Shown: positions 37,241 through 48,500 of the stretch, in pieces
How positions within the stretch are numbered: the stretch's first letter is position 1
How the letters are laid out: every line of letters starts with the position of its first letter
NCBI GenBank assembly: GCA_964016885.1
Contig: OZ024743.1
Span: forward strand, 134,664,001-134,728,000
Reading direction: 5' to 3'
Length of the DNA: 64,000 bases
Source of the DNA: Eledone cirrhosa
Taxonomy: Eukaryota
Position numbers and translations under genes: made by a program
Notes under the pieces: generated by a model
The model's input: only the letters and a program-made list of their open reading frames with translations
Database searches by the model: none
Told to the model about the DNA's origin: nothing

Positions 37241-40200
37241 GGTGTTTGGTGTTTGTTGCTTGGTGCTTGGTGCTTGGTGTTTTGTGCTTGGAGCCTGGTG
37301 TTTGGTGTTTGGTGCTTGGTGCTTGGTGTTTGGTGTTTGGTGCTTGGTGCTTGGTGTTTGGTGTTTGGTACTTGGTGCTTGGTGTTTGGTGTTTGGTACT
37401 TGGTGCTTGGTGTTTGGTGCTTGGTGCTTGGTGCTTGGTGTTTGGTGCTTGGTGCTGGGTGTTTGGTGTTTGGTGATTTGTGCTTGGTGTTTGGTGCTTG
37501 GGGTTTGGTGCTTGGTGCTTGGTGATTGGTGTTTGGAGCTTGGTGCTTGGTGTATGGTGTTTGGTGCTTGGAGCTTGGTGTTAGGTGTTTGGTGCTTGGT
37601 GCTTGGTGTTTGGTGCTTGGTGCTTGGTGTTGTTGTTTGGTGCTTGGTGCTTGGTGCTTGGTGTTTGGTGTTTGGTGTTTGCTGTTTGCTGTTTGGTGTT
37701 TGCTGTTTGGTGTTTGCTGTTTGGTGTTTGGTGTTTGGTGTTTGGTGTTTGCTGTTTGGTGTTTGGTGTTTGGTGTTTGGTGTTTGCTATTTGGTGTTTT
37801 GTGTTTGCTGTTTGGTGTTTGGTGTTTAGTGTTTGCTATTTGGTGTTTGGTGTTTGGTGTTTGGTGCTTGGGGCTTGGTGTATGGTGTTTGGTGCTTGGT
37901 GCTTGGTGCTTGGTGCTTGGTGTTTGGTGTTTGGTGCTTGGTGCTTGGTAGTTTGGTGTTTGGTGCTTGGTGCTTGGTTCTGGGTGCTTGGTGCTTGGTG
38001 TTTGGTGTTTGGTGCTTGGTGCTTTGTTCTGGGTGCTTGGTGCTTGGTGTTTGGTGTTTGGTGCTGGGTGCTTGGTGTTTGATGCTTGGGGCTTGGTGAT
38101 TGGTGTTTGGTGCTTGGTGCTTGGTGCTTGGTGCTTGGTGCTTGGTGTTTGGTGCTTGGTGTTTGGTGCTTGGTGCTTGGTGCTAGGTGTTTGGTGTTTG
38201 GTGTTTGGCGCTTGGTGTTTGGTGTTTGGTGATTTGTGCTTGGTGTTTGGTGTTTGGTGCTTGGTGCTTGGTGTTTGGTGTTTGGTGCTTGGCGCTTGGT
38301 GTTTGGTGTTTGGTGCTGGGCGTTTGCTGTTTGGCGTTTGGGGTTTGGCATTTGCTTTTTTGCGTTTGCTGTTTAGTGTTTGGTGCTTGGTGTTTGGTGT
38401 TTGGTACTTGGTGCTTGGTGTTTGGTGTTTGGTGCTTGGTGCTTGGTGTTTGGTGATTGGTGCTTGGTGTTTGGTGCTTGGGATTTGGTGCTTGGTGCTT
38501 GGTGTTTGGTGTTTGGAGTTTGCTGTTTGGTGTTTGCTGTTTGGTGTTTTGTGTTTGCTGTTTGGTGTTTGGAGTTTGCTCTTTGGTTTTTGCTATTTGG
38601 TGTTTGGTGTTTGGTGTTTGGTGCTTGGTGTTTGGTGTTTGGTGCTTGGTGTTTTGTTTTTGCTCTCTGGTGATTTGGGCTTGGTGTTTGGTGTTTGGTG
38701 CTTGGTGCTTGCTGCTTGGTGCTTGGTGCTTGGTGCCTGGTGTTTGGTGTTTGGTGTTTGGTGCTTGGTGCTTGGTGCTTTGTGTTTTTGCTTGGTGCTT
38801 GGTGATTGGTGCTTGGTGCCTGGTGTTTGGTGTTTGGTGTTTGGTGCTTGGTGCTTGGTGTTTGGTGTGTGGTACTTGGTGCTTGGTGTTTGGTGCTTGG
38901 TGCTTGGTGCTTGGTGCTTGGTGCTTGGTGTTTGGTGCTTGGTGCTTGGTTCTTGGTGTTCGGTGTTTGGTGATTGGTGCTTGGTGTTTGGTGCTTGGGG
39001 TTTGGTGCTTGGTGCTTGGTTCTTGGTGTTTGGTGTTTGGTGATTGGTGCTTGGTGTTTGGTGTTTGGTGCTTGGTGCTTGGTGTTTGGTGTTTGGTGCT
39101 TGGAGCTTGGTGTTTGGTGTTTGGTGCTTGGTGCTTGGTGCTTGGTGTTTGGTGTTTGGTGCTTGGAGCTTGGTGTTTGGTGTTTGGTGCTTGGTGCTTT
39201 GTTCTGGGTGCTTGGTGCTTGGTGTTTGGTGTTTGGTGCTGGGTGCTTGGTGCTTGGTGCTTGGGGCTTGGTGATTGGTGTTTGGTGCTTGGTGCTTGGT
39301 GCTTGGTGCTTGGTGCTTGGTGTTTGGTGCTTTGTGTTTGGTGCTTGGTGCTTGGTGCTAGGTGTTTGGTGTTTGGTGTTTCGCGCTTGGTGTTTGGTGT
39401 TTGGTAATTGGTGCTTGGTGTTTGGTGTTTGGTGCTTGGTGCTTGGTGTTTGGTGTTTGGTGCTTGGCTCTTGGTGTTTGGTGTTTGGTGCTTGGCGTTT
39501 GCTGTTTGGCGTTTGGGGTTTGGCATTTGCTGTTTGGCATTTGGGGTTTGGCGTTTGCTTTTTGGCGTTTGCTGTTTGGTGTTTGGTGTTTGGTGTTTGC
39601 TGTTTGGTGTTTGCTGTTTGGTGTTTGCTGTTTGGCGTTTGCTGTTTGGTGCTTGGTGCTTGGTGTTTGGTTCATGGTGCTTGGTGCTTGGTGCTTGGTG
39701 TTTGGTGCTCGGTGCTTGGTGTTTGGTGCTTGGGGCTTGGTGCTTGGTGTTTGGTGCTTGGTGTTTGTTGTTTGTTGCTTGGTGCTTGGTGTTTGGTGTT
39801 TGGTGCTTGGTGTTTGCTGTTTGGTGCTTGGTGCTTGGTGTTTGGTGCTTGGTGCTTGGTGCTTGGTGCTTGGTGTTTGGTGCTTGGTGATTGGTGCTTG
39901 GTGTTTGGTGTTTGGTGCTTGGTGTTTGGTGCTTGGAGCTTGGTGCTTGGTTTTTGGTGCTTGGTGTTTGGTGTTTGGTGTTTGGTGCTTGGTGCTTGAT
40001 GCTTGGTGCTTGGTGCTTGGTGTTTGGTGTTTAGTGCTTGGTGCTTGGTATTTGGTGTGTGGTGCTTGGTGCTTGGTGTTTGGTGTTTGGTGCTTGGTGC
40101 TTGGTGTTTGATGTTTGGTGCTTGGTGCTTGGTGTTTGGTGATCGGTGCTTGGTACTTGGTGTTTGGTGCTCGGTGCTTGGTGCTTGGTGTTTCGTGCTT

Positions 40201-40569
40201 GGTGCTTGGTGTTTGGTCTTTGGCGATTGGTGCTTGGTGTTTGGTGCTTGGTACTTGGTGTTCGGTGTTTGGTGCTTGGTGCTTGGTGTTTGGTGTTTGG
40301 TGATTGGTGCTTGGTGTTTGGTGCTTGGGATTTGGTGCTTGGTGCTTGGTGTTTGGTGTTTGGAGTTTGGTACTTGGTGCTTGGTGTTTGGTGTTTGGTG
40401 CTTGGTGCTTGGTGTTTGGTGTTTAGTGCTTGGTGCTTGGTTCTTGGTGTTTGGTGCTTGGTGCTTGGTGATTGGTGTTTGGTGTTTGGTGCTTGGTGCT
40501 TGGTGTTTGGTGATTGGTGCTTGGTACTAGGTGTTTGGTGCTCGGTGCTTGGTGCTTGGTGTTTGGTGT

Positions 40570-42290
40570 TTGGTGCTTGGTGCTTGGTGCTTGGTGTTTG
40601 GTGTTTGGTGCTTGGAGCTTGGTGTTTGGTGTTTGGTGCTTGGTGCTTTGTTCTGGGTGCTTGGTGCTTGGTGTTTGGTGTTTGGTGCTGGGTGCTTGGT
40701 GTTTGGTGCTTGGGGCTTGATGATTGGTGTTTGGTGCTTGGTGCTTGGTATTTGGTGCTTGGTCTTTGGTGCTTGGTGTTTGGTGCTTGGTGCTTGGTGC
40801 TTGGTGTTTGGTGCTTGGTGCTTGGCGTTTGGTGCATGCTGCTTGGTGCTTGCTGTTTGGTGCTTGGTGCTTGGTGCTTGGTGTTTGGTGTTTAGTGCTT
40901 GGTGCTTGGTGATTGGTGCTTGTTGCTTGGTGCTTGGTGTTTGGTGCTTGGTGCTTGGTGTTTGGTGTTTGGTGTTTGCTGTTTGCTGTCTGGTGTTTGC
41001 CGTTTGGTGTTTGCTGTTTGGTGTTTGCTGTTTGGTGTTTGCTATTTGGTGTTTGGTGTTTGCTGTTTGGCGTTTGTGGTTTGGCGTTTGCTGTTTGGCA
41101 TCTGGTGGTTGGCGTTTGCTGTTTGGCGTTTGTTGTTTGGTGTTTGGTGTTTGCTGCTTGGTGTTTGCTGTTTGCTGTTTGTTTGGTGTTTGCTGTTTGG
41201 TGTTTGGTGTTTGGTGTTTGCTGTTTGGTGTTTGGTGTTTGGTGTTTGCTGTTTGGTGTTTGGTGTTTACTGTTTGGTGTTTGGTGTTTGGTGTTTGGTG
41301 ATTGGTGTTTGCTGTTTGGTGTTTGGTGTTTGGTGATTGGTGTTTGCTGTTTGGTGTTTGGTGCTTGGTGTTTGGTGTTTGGTGATTGGTGCTTGGTGTT
41401 TCGTGCTTGGTGCTTGGTGCTTGGTGTTTGGCGCTTCGTGCTTGGTGTTTGGTGTTTGGTGCTTGGTGTTTGGTGCTTGGTGCTTGGTGTTTTGTGCTTG
41501 GTGCTTCGTGCTTGGTGTTTGGTGTTTGGTGCTTGGTGTTTGGTGTTTGCTGTTTGGTGTTTGCTGTTTGGTGTTCGCTGTTTGGTGTTTGGTGTTTGCT
41601 GTTTGGTGTTTGGTGTTTGCGGTTTGGTGTTTGCTATTTGGTGTTTGTGTTTGGCGTTTGGTGTTTGGTGTTTGCTGTTTGATGTTTGGTGATTGGTGTT
41701 TGATGTTTGGTGTTTGGTGCTTGGTGCTTGGTGCTTGGTGCTTAGTGTTTTATGTTTAGCGCTTGGTGCTTGGTGTTTTGTGCTTGGTGCTTGGTGCTTG
41801 GTGTTTGGAGTTTGGTGCTTGGTGTTTGGTGTTTGGTGTTTGCTGTTTGCTGTTTGCTGTTTGGTGTTTCCATTTTGGAGTTCGCTGTTTGGTGTTTGGT
41901 GTTTGCTGTTTGGTGTTTGGTGTTTGCGGTTTGGTGTTTGCTATTTGGCGTTTGGTGTTTGGCGTTTGATGTTTGGCGTTTGTTGTTTGTTGTTTGCTGT
42001 TTGGTGTTTGGTGCTTGGTGTTTGGTGTTTGGTGATTGGTGCTTGGTGTTTCGTGCTTGGTGCTTGGTGCTTGGTGTTTGGCGCTTGGTGCTTGGTGTTT
42101 GGTGTTTGGTGCTTGGTGTTTGGTGCTTGGTGCTTGGTGTTTTGTGCTTGGTGCTTCGTGCTTGGTGTTTGGTGTTTGGTGCTTGGTGTTTGGTGTTTGC
42201 TGTTTGGTGTTTGCTGTTTGGTGTTCGCTGTTTGGTGTTTGGTGTTTGCTGTTTGGTGTTTGGTGTTTGCGGTTTGGTGTTTGCTATTTG
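40570..42290 (+). repeat. ~7.2-kb-offset duplicate of ~33350-35100
   Basis: Offsets are 7217 (33507/40724) and 7189 (34148/41337, 34563/41752, 34847/42036). The copies share private markers GGGGCTTGATGATTGG and TTGGCATCTGGTGG. Confidence 0.8.
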
Positions 42291-42655
42291 GTGTTTGTGT
42301 TTGGCGTTTGGTGTTTGGTGTTTGCTGTTTGATGTTTGGTGATTGGTGTTTGATGTTTGGTGTTTGGTGCTTGGTGCTTGGTGCTTGGTGCTTAGTGTTT
42401 TATGTTTAGCGCTTGGTGCTTGGTGTTTTGTGCTTGGTGCTTGGTGCTTGGTGTTTGGAGTTTGGTGCTTGGTGTTTGGTGTTTGGTGTTTGCTGTTTGC
42501 TGTTTGCTGTCTGGTGTTTGCTGTTTGGAGTTCGCTGTTTGGTGTTTGGTGTTTGCTATTTGGTGTTTGGTGTTTGCGGTTTGGTGTTTGCTATTTGGCG
42601 TTTGGTGTTTAGCGTTTGATGTTTGGCGTTTGTTGTTTGTTGTTTGCTGTTTGGT
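41345..42655 (+). repeat. 650-bp tandem duplication
   Basis: Segments 41386/42036, 41693/42343 and 41752/42402 are all offset by 650. A partial equivalent is at 34197/34847. Confidence 0.8.
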
Positions 42656-45600
42656 GTTTGATGTTTGGTGTTTGGTGCTTGGTGCTTGGTGTTTTGTGCT
42701 TGGTGTTTGGTGCTTGGGGTTTGGTGCTTGGTGTTTTTTTTTTTTTGTTGCTTGGAGCTTGGTGTTTGGTGTTTGGTGCTTGGTGCTTGGTGTTTGGTGC
42801 TTGGTGCTTGGTGTTGGTGTTTGGTGCTTGGTGCTTGGTGCTTGGTGTTTGGTGTTTGCTGTTTGCTGTTTGCTGTTTGGTGTTTTGTGTTTGCTGTTTG
42901 GTGTTTGGAGTTTGCCCTTTGGTGTTTGCTATTTGGTGTTTGGTGTTTGCTGTTTGGTGTTTGGTGTTTGGTGTTTGGTGCTTGGTGCTTTGTTTTTGCT
43001 CTTTGGTGCTTTGTGCTTGGTCTTTGGTGTTTGGTGCTTGGTGCTTGGTGTTTGGTGCTTTTTGCCTGGTGTTTGGTGTTTGGTGTTTGGTGCTTGGTGC
43101 TTGGTACTTGGTGTTTTGTGTTTGGTGCTTGGTGCTTGGTGCTTGGTGCTTGGTGTTTGGTGCTTGGTGTTTGGTGTTTAGTGCTTGGTGCTTGGTATTT
43201 GGTGTTTGGTGCTTGGTTCTTGGTGTTTGGTGTTTGGTGCTTGGTGCTTGGTGTTTGGTGTTTGGTGTTTGGTGCTCGGTGCTTGGTGCTTGGTGTTTCG
43301 TGCTTGGTGCTTGGTGTTTGGTCTTTGGTGCTTGGTGCTTGGTGTTTGGTGCTTGGTGCTTGGTGTTTGGTGTTTGGCGTATGGTGTTTGGTGCTTGGTG
43401 CTTGGTGTTTGGTGTTTGCTGTTTGGTGTTTGCTGTTTGGTGTTTGCTGTTTGGTGTTTGCTGTTTGGTGCTTGGTGCTTGGTGTTTGGTGCATGGTGCT
43501 TGGTGCTTGGTGCTTGGTGTTTGGTGCTTGGTGCTTGGTGTTTGGTGCTTGGGGCTTGGTGCTTGGTGTTTGGTGCTTGGTGTTTGGTGTTTGTTGCTTG
43601 GTGCTTGGTGCTTGGTGTTTTGTGCTTGGAGCCTGGTGTTTGGTGTTTGGTGCTTGGTGCTTGGTGTTTGGTGTTTGGTGCTTGGTGCTTGGTGTTTGGT
43701 GTTTGGTACTTGGTGCTTGGTGTTTGGTATTTGGTACTTGGTGCTTGGTGTTTGGTGCTTGATGCTTGGTGCTTGGTGTTTGGTCCTTGGTGCTGGGTGT
43801 TTGGTGTTTGGTGATTTGTGCTTGGTGTTTGGTGCTTGGGGTTTGGTGCTTGGTGCTTGGTGATTGGTGTTTGGAGCTTGGTGCTTGGTGTATGGTGTTT
43901 GGTGCTTGGAGCTTGGTGTTAGGTGTTTGGTGCTTGGTGCTTGGTGTTTGGTGCTTGGTGCTTGGTGTTGTTGTTTGGTGCTTGGTGCTTGGTGCTTGGT
44001 GTTTGGTGTTTGGTGTTTGGTGTTTGCTGTTTGCTGTTTGGTGTTTGCTGTTTGGTGTTTGCTGTTTGGTGTTTGGTGTTGTGTGTTTGGTGTTTGCTGT
44101 TTGGTGTTTGGTGTTTGGTGTTTGGTGTTTGCTATTTGGTGTTTTGTGTTTGCTGTTTGGTGTTTGGTGTTTAGTGTTTGCTATTTGGTGTTTGGTGTTT
44201 GGTGTTTGGTGCTTGGGGCTTGGTGTTTGCTCTTTGGTGCTTGGTGATTGGTTTTTGGTGTTTGGTGCTTGGTGCTTGGTGTATGGTGTTTGGTGCTTGG
44301 TGCTTGGTGCTTGGTGCTTGGTGTTTGGTGTTTGGTGCTTGGTGCTTGGTAGTTTGGTGTTTGGTGCTTGGTGCTTGGTTCTGGGTGCTTGGTGCTTGGT
44401 GTTTGGTGTTTGGTGCTTGGTGCTTGGTGTTTGGTGCTTGGGGCTTGGTGATTGGTGTTTGGTGCTTGGTGCTTGGTGCTTGGTGCTTGGTGCTTGGTGT
44501 CTGGTGCTTGGTGTTCGGTGCTTGGTGCTTGGTGCTAGGTGTTTGGTTTTTGGTGTTTGGCGCTTGGGGCTTGGTGTTTGGTGATTGGTGCTTGGTGTTT
44601 GGTGTTTGGTGCTTGGTGCTTGGTGTTTGGTGTTTGGTGCTTGGTGCTTGGTGCTTGGTGTTTGGTGTTTGGTGCTGGGTGCTTGGTGTTTGATGCTTGG
44701 GGCTTGGTGATTGGTGTTTGGTGCTTGGTGCTTGGTGCTTGGTGCTTGGTGCTTGGTGTTTGGTGCTTGGTGTTTGGTGCTTGGTGCTTGGTGCTAGGTG
44801 TTTGGTGTTTGGTGTTTGGCGCTTGGTGTTTGGTGTTTGGTGATTTGTGCTTGGTGTTTGGTGTTTGGTGCTTGGTGCTTGGTGTTTGGTGTTTGGTGCT
44901 TGGCGCTTGGTGTTTGGTGTTTGGTGCTGGGCGTTTGCTGTTTGGCGTTTGGGGTTTGGCATTTGCTTTTTTGCGTTTGCTGTTTAGTGTTTGGTGCTTG
45001 GTGTTTGGTGTTTGGTACTTGGTGCTTGGTGTTTGGTGTTTGGTGCTTGGTGCTTGGTGTTTGGTGATTGGTGCTTGGTGTTTGGTGCTTGGGATTTGGT
45101 GCTTGGTGCTTGGTGTTTGGTGTTTGGAGTTTGCTGTTTGGTGTTTGCTGTTTGGTGTTTTGTGTTTGCTGTTTGGTGTTTGGAGTTTGCTCTTTGGTTT
45201 TTGGTATTTGGTGTTTGGTGTTTGGTGTTTGGTGCTTGGTGTTTGGTGTTTGGTGCTTGGTGTTTTGTTTTTGCTCTTTGGTGATTTGGGCTTGGTGTTT
45301 GGTGTTTGGTGCTTGGTGCTTGCTGCTTGGTGCTTGGTGCTTGGTGCCTGGTGTTTGGTGTTTGGTGTTTGGTGCTTGGTGCTTGGTGCTTTGTGTTTTT
45401 GCTTGGTGCTTGGTGATTGGTGCTTGGTGCCTGGTGTTTGGTGTTTGGTGTTTGGTGCTTGGTGCTTGGTGTTTGGTGTGTGGTACTTGGTGCTTGGTGT
45501 TTGGTGCTTGGTGCTTGGTGCTTGGTGCTTGGTGCTTGGTGTTTGGTGCTTGGTGCTTGGTTCTTGGTGTTCGGTGTTTGGTGATTGGTGCTTGGTGTTT

Positions 45601-46945
45601 GGTGCTTGGGGTTTGGTGCTTGGTGCTTGGTTCTTGGTGTTTGGTGTTTGGCGATTGGTGCTTGGTGTTTGGTGTTTGGTGCTTGGTGCTTGGTGTTTGG
45701 TGTTTGGTGTTTGGAGCTTGGTGTTTGGTGTTTGGTGCTTGGTGCTTGGTGCTTGGTGTTTGGTGTTTGGTGCTTGGAGCTTGGTGTTTGGTGTTTGGTG
45801 CTTGGTGCTTTGTTCTGGGTGCTTGGTGCTTGGTGTTTGGTGTTTGGTGCTGGGTGCTTGGTGTTTGGTGCTTGGGGCTTGGTGATTGGTGTTTGGTGCT
45901 TGGTGCTTGGTGCTTGGTGCTTGGTGCTTGGTGTTTGGTGCTTGGTGTTTGGTGCTTGGTGCTTGGTGCTAGGTGTTTGGTGTTTGGTGTTTCGCGCTTG
46001 GTGTTTGGTGTTTGGTAATTGGTGCTTGGTGTTTGGTGTTTGGTGCTTGGTGCTTGGTGTTTGGTGTTTGGTGCTTGGCTCTTGGTGTTTGGTGTTTGGT
46101 GCTTGGCGTTTGCTGTTTGGCGTTTGGGGTTTGGCATTTGCTGTTTGGCATTTGGGGTTTGGCGTTTGCTTTTTGGCGTTTGCTGTTTGGTGTTTGCTGT
46201 TTGGCGTTTGCTGTTTGGTGCTTGGTGCTTGGTGTTTGGTTCATGGTGCTTGGTGCTTGGTGCTTGGTGTTTGGTGCTCGGTGCTTGGTGTTTGGTGCTT
46301 GGGGCTTGGTGCTTGGTGTTTGGTGCTTGGTGTTTGTTGTTTGTTGCTTGGTGCTTGGTGTTTGGTGTTTGGTGCTAGGTGTTTGCTGTTTGGTGCTTGG
46401 TGCTTGGTGTTTGGTGCTTGGTGCTTGGTGCTTGGTGCTTGGTGTTTGGTGCTTGGTGATTGGTGCTTGGTGTTTGGTGTTTGGTGCTTGGTGTTTGGTG
46501 CTTGGAGCTTGGTGCTTGGTTTTTGGTGCTTGGTGTTTGGTGTTTGGTGTTTGGTGCTTGGTGCTTGATGCTTGGTGCTTGGTGCTTGGTGTTTGGTGTT
46601 TAGTGCTTGGTGCTTGGTATTTGGTGTGTGGTGCTTGGTGCTTGGTGTTTGGTGTTTGGTGCTTGGTGCTTGGTGTTTGATGTTTGGTGCTTGGTGCTTG
46701 GTGTTTGGTGATTGGTGCTTGGTACTTGGTGTTTGGTGCTCGGTGCTTGGTGCTTGGTGTTTCGTGCTTGGTGCTTGGTGTTTGGTCTTTGGCGATTGGT
46801 GCTTGGTGTTTGGTGCTTGGTACTTGGTGTTCGGTGTTTGGTGCTTGGTGCTTGGTGTTTGGTGTTTGGTGATTGGTGCTTGGTGTTTGGTGCTTGGGAT
46901 TTGGTGCTTGGTGCTTGGTGTTTGGTGTTTGGAGTTTGGTACTTG
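42620..46945 (+). repeat. 6.3-6.6-kb-offset duplicate of ~36255-40375
   Basis: Offsets are 6366 (36299/42665), 6338 (36847/43185, 37526/43864), 6611 (38183/44794, 39362/45973) and 6569 (40003/46572). Confidence 0.8.
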
Positions 46946-48500
46946 GTGTTTGGTGTTTGGTGTTTGGTGCTTGGTGCTTGGTGTTTGGTGTGTGGTACTT
47001 GGTGCTTGGTGTTTGGTGCTTGGTGCTTGGTGCTTGGTGCTTGGTGCTTGGTGTTTGGTGCTTGGTGCTTGGTTCTTGGTGTTCGGTGTTTGGTGATTGG
47101 TGCTTGGTGTTTGGTGCTTGGGGTTTGGTGCTTGGTGCTTGGTTCTTGGTGTTTGGTGTTTGGCGATTGGTGCTTGGTGTTTGGTGTTTGGTGCTTGGTG
47201 CTTGGTGTTTGGTGTTTGGTGTTTGGAGCTTGGTGTTTGGTGTTTGGTGCTTGGTGCTTGGTGCTTGGTGTTTGGTGTTTGGTGCTTGGAGCTTGGTGTT
47301 TGGTGTTTGGTGCTTGGTGCTTTGTTCTGGGTGCTTGGTGCTTGGTGTTTGGTGTTTGGTGCTGGGTGCTTGGTGTTTGGTGCTTGGGGCTTGGTGATTG
47401 GTGTTTGGTGCTTGGTGTTTGGTGCTTGGTGCTTGGTGCTTGGTGTTTGGTGCTTGGTGTTTGGTGCTTGGTGCTTGGTGCTAGGTGTTTGGTGTTTGGT
47501 GTTTCGCGCTTGGTGTTTGGTGTTTGGTAATTGGTGCTTGGTGTTTGGTGTTTGGTGCTTGGTGCTTGGTGTTTGGTGTTTGGTGCTTGGCTCTTGGTGT
47601 TTGGTGTTTGGTGCTTGGCGTTTGCTGTTTGGCGTTTGGGGTTTGGCATTTGCTGTTTGGCATTTGGGGTTTGGCGTTTGCTTTTTGGCGTTTGCTGTTT
47701 GGTGTTTGGTGTTTGGTGTTTGCTGTTTGGTGTTTGCTGTTTGGTGTTTGCTGTTTGGCGTTTGCTGTTTGGTGCTTGGTGCTTGGTGTTTGGTTCATGG
47801 TGCTTGGTGCTTGGTGCTTGGTGTTTGGTGCTCGGTGCTTGGTGTTTGGTGCTTGGGGCTTGGTGCTTGGTGTTTGGTGCTTGGTGTTTGTTGTTTGTTG
47901 CTTGGTGCTTGGTGTTTGGTGTTTGGTGCTAGGTGTTTGCTGTTTGGTGCTTGGTGCTTGGTGTTTGGTGCTTGGTGCTTGGTGCTTGGTGCTTGGTGTT
48001 TGGTGCTTGGTGATTGGTGCTTGGTGTTTGGTGTTTGGTGCTTGGTGTTTGGTGCTTGGAGCTTGGTGCTTGGTTTTTGGTGCTTGGTGTTTGGTGTTTG
48101 GTGTTTGGTGCTTGGTGCTTGATGCTTGGTGCTTGGTGCTTGGTGTTTGGTGTTTAGTGCTTGGTGCTTGGTATTTGGTGTATGGTGCTTGGTGCTTGGT
48201 GTTTGGTGTTTGGTGCTTGGTGCTTGGTGTTTGATGTTTGGTGCTTGGTGCTTGGTGTTTGGTGATTGGTGCTTGGTACTTGGTGTTTGGTGCTCGGTGC
48301 TTGGTGCTTGGTGTTTCGTGCTTGGTGCTTGGTGTTTGGTCTTTGGCGATTGGTGCTTGGTGTTTGGTGCTTGGTACTTGGTGTTCGGTGTTTGGTGCTT
48401 GGTGCTTGGTGTTTGGTGTTTGGTGATTGGTGCTTGGTGTTTGGTGCTTGGGATTTGGTGCTTGGTGCTTGGTGTTTGGTGTTTGGAGTTTGGTACTTGG
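45440..48500 (+). repeat. ~1.5-kb tandem duplication (offset 1512 then 1554)
   Basis: TTCGCGC lies at 45991 and 47503 (1512 = 216x7). Segments 46572/48126 are offset by 1554 after a 42-bp (6-monomer) indel. Confidence 0.8.
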
